Shown here piece after piece: positions 8,523 to 16,210 of a stretch of DNA of 32,000 bases. The notes below the pieces were generated by a model, which was given only the letters and a program-made list of their open reading frames with translations, searched no databases and had not been told where the DNA came from. The DNA lies in the NCBI GenBank assembly GCA_964514965.1, contig CAZETV010000002.1, positions 60,001-92,000 of the forward strand, written 5' to 3'. Source of the stretch: Candidatus Hadarchaeota archaeon (GTDB lineage Archaea > Hadarchaeota > Hadarchaeia > Hadarchaeales > Hadarchaeaceae). Each line of letters starts with the position of its first letter. Positions within the stretch are counted from its first letter, which is position 1. The position numbers were made by a program, and so were the translations under genes.

Positions 8523-8834
8523 ATGGGGCGGACGCTTCATTATCGAACGAAGGAGGCCGTAACAGTCGAGGAGTTCAAACAGATACGAGAGATCGCGAAC
8601 AGGTACAACGCGGGGCACAAATGGGCATACGAAAACATCAAACTCTGGAGGGAAACGAGCGGCACGCTCTGGGGATTCACAAAAGTCAACGACAGCGCCC
8701 GGGATAGAAAATTGGTAATTCAAGCGATAAAGGAGATTTCCAAAACGACGCCACGGCTGACCTGGCTGTTCTTCGATGAGGGCTGGCTGGGAAAAGGCGA
8801 GTGGGCAAGATTCAAAGGTGGAAAGCAGGTTTAG
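8523..8834 (+). CDS. Conserved-looking hypothetical protein (103 aa)
   Basis: MGRTLHYRTKEAVTVEEFKQIREIANRYNAGHKWAYENIKLWRETSG...; TATA-like box TATATAAATA about 35 nt upstream. The first codons also occur in the degenerate repeat at 7819. Confidence 0.6.
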   Translation: MGRTLHYRTKEAVTVEEFKQIREIANRYNAGHKWAYENIKLWRETSGTLWGFTKVNDSARDRKLVIQAIKEISKTTPRLTWLFFDEGWLGKGEWARFKGGKQV

Positions 8835-8915
8835 TCCACTCAATATCTCAATCGCTTTCCATTTGATTTATTTCTCCGCGTGCCAAAAATGAAATGCCCG
8901 TGAGTGGCGTGAGGC

Positions 8916-9689
8916 TTGGAATTGACGGTGTTGATTGGCCCCAGCTTGGAGGACGCGAAGGAACTCCTGGCAGCTGCGATAAGGGACAAGCGGCTCGCCC
9001 TGCTCGTCGGCTCCTGCGTGGTCAACTACATCGGGCGGGCCGGCTCGGTGCTCCCCGAAGGCGAGCGCGTGGTGATGCTCAAGCCGGATGGGGCCCTGCT
9101 CGTCCACCAGAAGAAGAAGCGGGAGCCCGTGAACTGGAACCCGCCCGGCTGCGAGGCGAGCGTGCGTCTAGGCGGGAAGGGCCTGCAACTCATCTCCAAG
9201 CGGAAGCGGCCAAAAGAGCAGCTGCTGGTCATCTTCAAGAGCCTAGAGCTGGCCGCGTCCTTCGAACTCGTCGATCAAGAGGAGCTTTACCTCGTGGGGT
9301 CGGAGCGGGACCTAATCACCCTTGTGTTCAACGAGCCGAGCCTGATCGAGCCGGGCTTCAAGCCACTTGAGCGGGAGAAGCTCACGAAATACGGCATGGT
9401 TGACCTTTACGGCGTCGACCGGGATGGAAATGGTGTGGCGATAGAATTCAAGCGTCGGCGGGCCGAACTCGCCAGCGCAAGCCAGCTCAAGCGCTACGTG
9501 GATGAGCTGAGCAAAAAACTCGGAAAGCGCGTCCGAGGCATCCTAGTGGCCCCCTCGATAACCTCGAGCGCCCTGAAGCTACTCAATGAAAATCAGCTGG
9601 AATACGTACGAATCAGGAAGCCACCCACCTACACCTTTGAACGGGTTGTGACCCGGGAGCGGGGGCAGAAGGGAATAAGTGAGTTTTGA
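8916..9689 (+). CDS. nucS: Endonuclease NucS
   Basis: RVVMLKPDGALLVHQKKKREPVNWNPPGCEA, SERDLITLVFNEPSLIEPGFKPLEREKLTKYGMVDLYGVDRDGNGVAIEFKRRRA, and Q-K-YVDEL are NucS hallmark segments. Confidence 0.92.
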   Translation: MELTVLIGPSLEDAKELLAAAIRDKRLALLVGSCVVNYIGRAGSVLPEGERVVMLKPDGALLVHQKKKREPVNWNPPGCEASVRLGGKGLQLISKRKRPKEQLLVIFKSLELAASFELVDQEELYLVGSERDLITLVFNEPSLIEPGFKPLEREKLTKYGMVDLYGVDRDGNGVAIEFKRRRAELASASQLKRYVDELSKKLGKRVRGILVAPSITSSALKLLNENQLEYVRIRKPPTYTFERVVTRERGQKGISEF

Positions 9690-9798
9690 GCTTAATGGGC
9701 TAAAGTCCGTGATTCAATCCAAGATTGGGCGGCATGTAATTTACAAATGTCAATAAGCTAATTAACAAAAAAATGTCAGATTATTCATTGTAGTCAAT

Positions 9799-10848
9799 AT
9801 GAAAAGATCATCAAAAAAAGGTCTTCCGCCAGGATCTCTCGTTCATGTAGGGGAGAAAAAGGAAGAAAAAGTAAGAATTACAATCATCGACTATGACAAA
9901 GCGCAATTTCAAGAGAAGGAAGCAGAAACTGTCGAGGAATGTTTTCCCTTTAAAGATAAACCGACCGTGACATGGATAAACGTAGATGGCATTCATGAGC
10001 CGGAGATTGTGAAAAAGCTCGGTGATTGTTTTGGAATGCATCCTCTCGTGCTCGAAGACATCCTAAACACCGATCAACGTCCAAAAATGGAGGATTATGG
10101 TAACTACATTTACATCGTTTTGAAAATGCTTTATTACGATGAGAAAAGCAACGAGATGATTACAGAGCAGGTAAGTTTAGTTCTCGGTTCGAATTTTGTC
10201 ATCTCTTTCCAAGAAAAAAGAGGGGATGTCTTTAACCCGATTAGAGAGCGAATCAAGAGCGATAAGGGCCGCGTAAGAAAAATGGGGGCCGATTACCTTG
10301 CTTATGCTTTGACGGATGCAATTGTTGATAACTATTTTACAATCTTGGAAAAAATTGGAGAAAAGGTAGAGTCCCTAGAAGAAGAGTTGGTGGCCAAACC
10401 AACACCAGAAATACTACAGGCAATCCACAATCTGAAAAGAGATCTGATATTCTTACGAAAATCGGTCTGGCCTTTGAGGGAGGTGATTAGCGGCTTGGAA
10501 AGAGGAGAATCATCGCTGATTGATGCGTCCACCAAGCTCTACCTCAGGGATGTTTACGACCACACAATTCAGGTAATTGATACGGTGGAGACTTTGCGAG
10601 ATATGGTTTCCGGGATGCTTGATATTTACCTCTCGAGCATCAGCAATAAAATGAACGAAGTCATGAAAGTACTGACGATTATTGCCACGATATTTATTCC
10701 TTTGACTTTCATCGCGGGCATTTATGGAATGAATTTTGCCTTCATGCCGGAACTTGGGTTACCTTGGGCTTATCCTCTAATTTTGCTCGTGATGGTTGGT
10801 GTAGGTATATTAATGTTGATTTATTTTAGGAGAAAAAGGTGGATATGA
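9799..10848 (+). CDS. corA: CorA-family magnesium/cobalt transporter
   Basis: C-terminal IATIFIPLTFIAGIYGMNFAFMPELGLPWAYPLIL contains the GMN motif, with the CorA N-terminal domain TWINVDGIHEPEIVKKLGDCFGMHPLVLEDIL. Confidence 0.93.
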   Translation: MKRSSKKGLPPGSLVHVGEKKEEKVRITIIDYDKAQFQEKEAETVEECFPFKDKPTVTWINVDGIHEPEIVKKLGDCFGMHPLVLEDILNTDQRPKMEDYGNYIYIVLKMLYYDEKSNEMITEQVSLVLGSNFVISFQEKRGDVFNPIRERIKSDKGRVRKMGADYLAYALTDAIVDNYFTILEKIGEKVESLEEELVAKPTPEILQAIHNLKRDLIFLRKSVWPLREVISGLERGESSLIDASTKLYLRDVYDHTIQVIDTVETLRDMVSGMLDIYLSSISNKMNEVMKVLTIIATIFIPLTFIAGIYGMNFAFMPELGLPWAYPLILLVMVGVGILMLIYFRRKRWI

Positions 10849-11315
10849 TGGTCGATCAAAGGCTCGTGTACACGCTCGTGGTGATAGTGGTCGTGGTTGC
10901 CTTTAGGTTAGCGTTGGGCGGGGTATTCAAGCGGAAGCTCCGTGAACTCGCGGGGCACGTTTTGTTGGCAAACACTCTTACGGGAATCCTCATAATTGGC
11001 TTAGCATTTTACCTCCTCTACTTGTGGGGGGTAATCCAAGCTCTGGTCGAGATAACTCTCACACTCGGGGTAATCACCGCGGTCCTCCTGTTCACCATAA
11101 AGGATATCTGGGTATCCAATCTCTTCGCAGGCATTTCACTAATAGGCGACAAACTGATCAACATCGGCAGTGAGGTAGAGGTTGGAGGTAAAAAAGGGAA
11201 AATAGTGGAGATGACCCTCACGATGACAAAGGTCCGAACCTCCGATAACCGTCTCATGATCGTGCCGAACAAGAAGTTTCGCGAGGAAATTGTCTTAATC
11301 ACCAAACGTCGCTAA
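10839..11315 (+). CDS. Short MscS-family mechanosensitive ion channel
   Basis: TM segments then NLFAGISLIGDKLINIGSEVEVGGKKGKIVEMTLTMTKVRTSDNRLMIVPNKKF. Overlaps the corA 3' end by 10 nt. Confidence 0.8.
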   Translation: MDMMVDQRLVYTLVVIVVVVAFRLALGGVFKRKLRELAGHVLLANTLTGILIIGLAFYLLYLWGVIQALVEITLTLGVITAVLLFTIKDIWVSNLFAGISLIGDKLINIGSEVEVGGKKGKIVEMTLTMTKVRTSDNRLMIVPNKKFREEIVLITKRR

Positions 11316-11353
11316 CGGTAATCCAAAGTCAATTCTTGCCTTTTCCTAAGTCG

Positions 11354-12247
11354 CTACTTCGAGAAGAGAGGTTCGAGCAGGCCCCTGAGAAATATCTCCA
11401 CCGCCGCGTTCACATTTTGGAAAGTATCGCCAACCATTCGGCGCTGAAATTCCTTCACGACCGTCAAAAAATCTTCAACCATCTGGCCCGGCAGATACGA
11501 GAGCTCGTCCTTTATCCACTCAGTTATCGAAGGTTCCTCCAAGCGCAGGCCGATGACACACGCGGCATCCTTGAGCCTTCCCGCCAAACACAGCGCCATG
11601 TCAGCGGGTTTGCCTACCGCGATCTGCCACGCGGCCAGATCTTCCTCCGAGGTGGAGAGCATGTGCTTCGAGTAGGCAACTTGATCCTCAACATACCCTT
11701 TACCCGACAGCAGCCTCGTGACCTCGAAGTCCTTCACGGCGATGGATATGAGGTACAGGAGGTTGAACGAAAATTTTTCCGAGAGCCCGAATCTCTCCGA
11801 GGCTTCCGTGAGGGGCTGGGGAATCGAAAATATGTAGTATTCCATCGAGCCGTGCAGGACCGAATGCCCGACCTCGTGCCTGAGGGTCCCGACCTGAACC
11901 AGCCTCGGGAGCTCCCCTATTCTCTCGAGGCACACGGATATCCTGGATGTCCCCCTCCATGCATCGTGGCTGGCAAAAAATTTTTCACCGAAATCTTCAG
12001 AAACGACCCCCACGGCTGCGCGTTCTCGCGAGTAAAAGCTCTTCATGGCGGATGAACTCTCGAACAACAGAAGGTCCAGGATCTCCACTTCATGCGGCAT
12101 CAACCTCTCATAGCATTCCTCGATCGTGGTTGTGATTTCTGTCGCTTGCTTCTCGGGAATTTTGCCGAATTTCTGCACAACGAGTTTTACCATGACGACC
12201 GATAAGCTCATCGTCGGGAGAAAATAAAAATTCAGGTCAAAACACAC
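11354..12247 (-). CDS. Putative zinc metallopeptidase-like protein
   Basis: HExxH-type motif in LRHEVGHSVLHGSMEYY. The N-terminal start is uncertain (an internal start near MVKLVVQKF is likely). Confidence 0.5.
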   Translation of the reverse strand: MCFDLNFYFLPTMSLSVVMVKLVVQKFGKIPEKQATEITTTIEECYERLMPHEVEILDLLLFESSSAMKSFYSRERAAVGVVSEDFGEKFFASHDAWRGTSRISVCLERIGELPRLVQVGTLRHEVGHSVLHGSMEYYIFSIPQPLTEASERFGLSEKFSFNLLYLISIAVKDFEVTRLLSGKGYVEDQVAYSKHMLSTSEEDLAAWQIAVGKPADMALCLAGRLKDAACVIGLRLEEPSITEWIKDELSYLPGQMVEDFLTVVKEFQRRMVGDTFQNVNAAVEIFLRGLLEPLFSK

Positions 12248-12436
12248 CGAATCCCCACCTCCTTTTTGCCCGATTATAAAGAACCTCCGCGCAACGGCTT
12301 GACGGGAAAGATGGAGAAGAGACCGATACAGACAAATTTAGACGATTTTTCTGAAGTTTATAAAGTTTATAAATTACTTTCACCGACTTCTCCCTCCCCT
12401 AAAATCGCATTTATTAATGATCGTAGAGAATGCAAA

Positions 12437-13654
12437 ATGGGGGTGACAGTGCAGCAGGGCATACTGTTAGTGCAACCAGAGTTCCCGATCGCTGGTAAGA
12501 GCAGGTGGCATAAATCTTTCCTGCCAATCGGGCTCCTAAAGCTCGCTTCATACTACCGGAAAAAAGGGCACAATGTGAAGTTGGTCTGTGGTAAAAAGAA
12601 CCTAAAATTTCGACCTGATAAAGTCATGATAAGCTCGCTATTCACGTATTGGTCCAAATACGTCTGGGATTGCGTTAAACACTACAAACAGCTCTACCCA
12701 AATGCCAAGGTTGTGGTCGGTGGGATTTACGCCTCTCTAATGCCAGAACACTGCAAAAAGTCAGGGTGCGATGAAGTATTCGTTGGGGTGCACAAAAAAG
12801 CAGAGAAATGTGAACCTGCATACGATCTTCTTAAAAATAACTCTCACCCCATAGACTATCAAATAATTCACACTTCTCGAGGCTGCGTCAGAAAGTGCAA
12901 GTTCTGTGGCGTATGGAAGATTGAGCCCGATTTTGAATACAAAAAAAGCATAAAAGATGAAATTCGAAGCAACCAACTGGTATTTTACGATAACAACCTT
13001 TTGGCAAACCCTTACATCGAGAACATTTTGGAGGAGATAGCACATACCAAAGTTAACGGCAGGGTCGTGATCTGCGAGAGCCAATGTGGTTTCGATGGAC
13101 GAATGCTAACCCCTAAGCTCGCAAGGCTAATCAAGGGGGCACATTTTCAATATCCCAAAATTGCGTGGGACGGGTCTTATTCAGAGCACAAAAACATCAA
13201 AAAACAGCTAGACATGCTTATAGATGCTGGCTATAGCCACAAAGACGTTTTCGTGTTCATGATATACAACTGGGACCACGATTTCCGCGAGATGCAGAAA
13301 AAAAGATTGAAATGCTGGGGGTGGAAGGTGCAGATTTCTGATTGTCGATACAGACCATTGGAACAGACTTATGATAATTATGATCCGAGGAGAGTACAGA
13401 CGAACGATGATTATTTTATACATCCAAAATGGACTGATTCTGAGGTTAAACAGTTTAGAAAAAACGTGCGTAGGCAAAATATTTGTGTTAGGCTGGGATT
13501 TTCATTTCATAGCAAAATCTTAGAGCAGAAAAAGCTCGGCAAAAACACGATAAAAAAATTACGAGACATGACACCAACTAAAGCTAAAAAAATGTTGCCA
13601 GATGTTTGGAACCCTGGTGAGATTACATTCCCTAAAATGGACTTATGTACGTAG
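12437..13654 (+). CDS. Radical SAM protein with N-terminal B12-binding-like domain
   Basis: KVMISSLFTYWSKYVWDCVKHYKQLYPNAKVVVGGIYASLMPE followed by TSRGCVRKCKFCGVW (CxxxCxxC). The listed ORF starts at 12266, but an ATG at 12437, below a TATA-like TTTATAAAT, fits better. Confidence 0.75.
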   Translation: MGVTVQQGILLVQPEFPIAGKSRWHKSFLPIGLLKLASYYRKKGHNVKLVCGKKNLKFRPDKVMISSLFTYWSKYVWDCVKHYKQLYPNAKVVVGGIYASLMPEHCKKSGCDEVFVGVHKKAEKCEPAYDLLKNNSHPIDYQIIHTSRGCVRKCKFCGVWKIEPDFEYKKSIKDEIRSNQLVFYDNNLLANPYIENILEEIAHTKVNGRVVICESQCGFDGRMLTPKLARLIKGAHFQYPKIAWDGSYSEHKNIKKQLDMLIDAGYSHKDVFVFMIYNWDHDFREMQKKRLKCWGWKVQISDCRYRPLEQTYDNYDPRRVQTNDDYFIHPKWTDSEVKQFRKNVRRQNICVRLGFSFHSKILEQKKLGKNTIKKLRDMTPTKAKKMLPDVWNPGEITFPKMDLCT

Positions 13655-13655
13655 A

Positions 13656-14120
13656 TCATTTTTTCTTTACTTTCTTTGCTATCCCAATTAATTCCGTCTC
13701 TAATCTTTTACTAAAGCTACCTTTCCCACTAAAAACCTGATCTTTTAGAATTTTTATTCCGCCTGCAGCATATTCCTCGACTATTGAATACACTCTTTTT
13801 TTATCCAATAGCACTTCTAAATTACCTGCATCTTTTACAGCTACAGCGTTAATCAAAGCTTTTTCTGTATCGCTAAGGTATTCTGTCCTGATATATCCCG
13901 AGGGGTCCTTGTCTGTTATTTTGTGCTTTATTCCATTTTTGAATCCAACTACCATCGCTGCCAAAAATAAATGTTTTTTATTCTTGTTTCCAAATGGGCT
14001 ATCTTTTTCTTCCAGCCTTGAAAAATGTTCTTTATCACTTTTTCTAATGTAAATTATTGCTGGATCTTTACTTACCATATTTTCCCACCTGCGCTTTTGA
14101 GCCTGTTTTAAGTTCTTCAA
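13656..14120 (-). CDS. Dnd system-associated protein 4-like
   Basis: 154 aa: SPFGNKNKKHLFLAAMVVGFKNG...YIRTEYLSDTEKALINAVAVKDAGNLEVLLDKKRVYSIVEEYAAGGIKILKDQVF fits my recall of the dnd-associated protein 4 family. An alternative ATG at 14078 would reduce overlap with the upstream gene. Confidence 0.6.
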   Translation of the reverse strand: MKNLKQAQKRRWENMVSKDPAIIYIRKSDKEHFSRLEEKDSPFGNKNKKHLFLAAMVVGFKNGIKHKITDKDPSGYIRTEYLSDTEKALINAVAVKDAGNLEVLLDKKRVYSIVEEYAAGGIKILKDQVFSGKGSFSKRLETELIGIAKKVKKK

Positions 14121-14802
14121 ATATTATTTTGTATTCTCCAATCAAATTATCTGATAACTTTTTTCTGACGAATGGTGTATACTCGGTATCAGTCATTAAC
14201 AGAATAACTTGCTTGTTTTTTAGATATTTGGGTAAATTTTTGCAAATGTTTTCCCTTATTTCTCCAGAGATTCTACCCAGCGGGGTATCCATAACTATTG
14301 GGAAATCGAAACCAGAATATGCGCTCAAAGCATTTATGAATGATAATGCCAACGCTTCCATTTCACCTCTGCTTAAGCTTCCTAATCCTTCGTGGTCTGA
14401 TCTATGCGTGACGGAAATTTCATAATCATCGTTTATTTTTACATTTTTCCATTCATCTTTCTTCCAAATTAAATTGAAAAACGATTCTTTTGTGATTTGG
14501 TTAATTTTTTCTCTAGTGTCTTTCATAATGTTTTTTTTCACCTTAGTAGCCAATTCAACGGCTTCATCACAAAATGACACCACTTTGTTTAGCTCATCAA
14601 ATTCTTTAGATCTTTCTAGTTCTTTATCCCGTTCTCTTCTGTAGGTCTCGAACTGACTTTCGGCCATTTTAACTCGTGCCTCACGTTCACCGATATCTTC
14701 ACTTAATTTCGTGATTTCTGTATCAAGGTTTCCGTATCGTTTCTCCAGTATTTTAAATTTTTCTTCAATTTTTGAATCGACTTGTTCTTTAATTTTTTGC
14801 TT
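14068..14802 (-). CDS. C-terminal part of DndD-like SMC/RecN-type ATPase (frame-broken)
   Basis: Open frame continuing ...KIKEQVDSKIEEKFKILEKRYGNLDTEITKLSEDIGEREARVKMAESQ... with signature LGSLSRGEMEALALSFINAL and Walker B/D-loop FPIVMDTPLGRIS. The track lists only 14068..14667. Confidence 0.75.
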   Translation of the reverse strand, partial: KQKIKEQVDSKIEEKFKILEKRYGNLDTEITKLSEDIGEREARVKMAESQFETYRRERDKELERSKEFDELNKVVSFCDEAVELATKVKKNIMKDTREKINQITKESFFNLIWKKDEWKNVKINDDYEISVTHRSDHEGLGSLSRGEMEALALSFINALSAYSGFDFPIVMDTPLGRISGEIRENICKNLPKYLKNKQVILLMTDTEYTPFVRKKLSDNLIGEYKIIFEELKTGSKAQVGKYGK

Positions 14803-16028
14803 TTATTTTCATAGCCAGTTTCTAGTTTTTTGATTTCTCTTTCAAGTTTGATCATGCTTGTGTCAAAATTTTTAAGGTTATCGATGGATCGGGCTAAATC
14901 GGTTTTTAATTTAATCAAATCCGAACTAATGGCGGATATATCGCTTATTTTTTTAAGAAGACTCTCAACTTTTTTTCTACAACTGATATTCTTTTTAGTT
15001 ATGTCCGTCCCACAGATACAATTACCATCTTTAAGTAATTTTTCTAAATATTTTGGGTCTATATTTGGCGGTACATTTTCTTGGTCTTGTTCTCGAGTAA
15101 TCTCTTTAATTGTGGATTCTATAGCAGGATAAGTTAGTAAATGCAGGGAAGAATCTACAAGAAAATCCGTCAATTCATCTCTCTTATCTTTTATTGTTTT
15201 TTCAAGATCTTTCAAATCACGTTCAAGTTCTTCCCTGGTTTCCTGTAAGTTCCTTATATTTGGCATTGACTTTAATTCTTCGGCTATTTCGTTTTTATCC
15301 TTAACTTTCCCATCTTTTATTTTACGGAATTTTTCCAAGTCGGCTTTATAGTTGTTTAAGGATTTCTCCCAAGTATCAATTTTCTCTTGAGCATCTGCAA
15401 GAGCGGGAGTTAACTTTTTTGATTTTCTTACAAATTCGTTTTGTATTGCTCCCAAGTGCGATATCGCTTTTTCCAACACTTCCAATTGAGAAAGTTTAAA
15501 AATCTCCTTTTTTATCTCCTCACCAGATTTTTCTCTAAAATAACTTTCTAGCTTTTCACCATCAAAAAGAAAATAGTCTACAATACTCCCTGGTATCAAC
15601 TGATTAGCAACATAAGTCGGATCAGAAACAAATTTCATGTCGTCTCCGATTTCTCGTAAAAGTTCAAATTTTTGTTTGTTGGGAATTTCTTTTACTTCGC
15701 CATTTTCTTCACAATATTTTGTGCTTCTCACAAAAATCGCTTTATTTCCTTCATTGTCTGTCATTACAATTTCCACTTTTACTTCACATGCTGATGGACT
15801 CTCCTTTAAAGAAATAGTATTGACCGTGGGCAAAGCTAAACTTTTTTTATTTAGGTGTAACTCCCTGCCATATAAGCACCAAGTAATAGCGTTCATTATG
15901 TTTGTTTTCCCTGCCCCGTTTCTACCTTCTAAGACGACTATGTTTTTTTTGCCGAATGGTGCAGGGAACTCTATTATTTCATTTGCATATTGCCTATAAT
16001 TAATTAATTTAATTTTTTTAATTAACAT
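14703..16028 (-). CDS. N-terminal part of DndD-like SMC/RecN-type ATPase
   Basis: KIKLINYRQYANEIIEFP, Walker A LEGRNGAGKTNIMNAITWCLYG, VDYFLFDGEKLESYF (DndD-type), then a coiled coil with CICG...C. Confidence 0.8.
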   Translation of the reverse strand: MLIKKIKLINYRQYANEIIEFPAPFGKKNIVVLEGRNGAGKTNIMNAITWCLYGRELHLNKKSLALPTVNTISLKESPSACEVKVEIVMTDNEGNKAIFVRSTKYCEENGEVKEIPNKQKFELLREIGDDMKFVSDPTYVANQLIPGSIVDYFLFDGEKLESYFREKSGEEIKKEIFKLSQLEVLEKAISHLGAIQNEFVRKSKKLTPALADAQEKIDTWEKSLNNYKADLEKFRKIKDGKVKDKNEIAEELKSMPNIRNLQETREELERDLKDLEKTIKDKRDELTDFLVDSSLHLLTYPAIESTIKEITREQDQENVPPNIDPKYLEKLLKDGNCICGTDITKKNISCRKKVESLLKKISDISAISSDLIKLKTDLARSIDNLKNFDTSMIKLEREIKKLETGYENKSKKLKNKSIQKLKKNLKYWRNDTETLIQKSRN

Positions 16029-16031
16029 GAA

Positions 16032-16202
16032 TTATTTCACCGCCTTTTTTACAAGATTTTCGTACGTTTCACTATACCACCAACGATCTTCCTCGGAGTG
16101 GTCTGTTTCTAACATCAATATTTCTTTCAGAAATTTTTTGGTTTTTTCACTATAATTGCTTTTTTCAATTTCTTTGATGATTCTTTCGTTTAATATAGCC
16201 AT
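16032..16202 (-). CDS. Small 56-aa protein within the defence-like operon
   Basis: Not in the supplied track. ATG at 16202, TAA at 16032, encoding MAILNERIIKEIEKSNYSEKTKKFLKEILMLETDHSEEDRWWYSETYENLVKKAVK. Sits 8 nt after the helicase stop and 3 nt before the ATPase start. Confidence 0.7.
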   Translation of the reverse strand: MAILNERIIKEIEKSNYSEKTKKFLKEILMLETDHSEEDRWWYSETYENLVKKAVK

Positions 16203-16210
16203 GTGAACCA

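Noticed and set aside
8894-9370. 158-aa ORF overlapping the nucS start
   Set aside because: Ala/Arg/Gly-rich off-frame translation of nucS, which has unmistakable family motifs.
11336-12055. 239-aa ORF on the plus strand
   Set aside because: Antisense to the metallopeptidase-like gene; the translation has no recognisable motif and is typical of a GC-rich shadow ORF.
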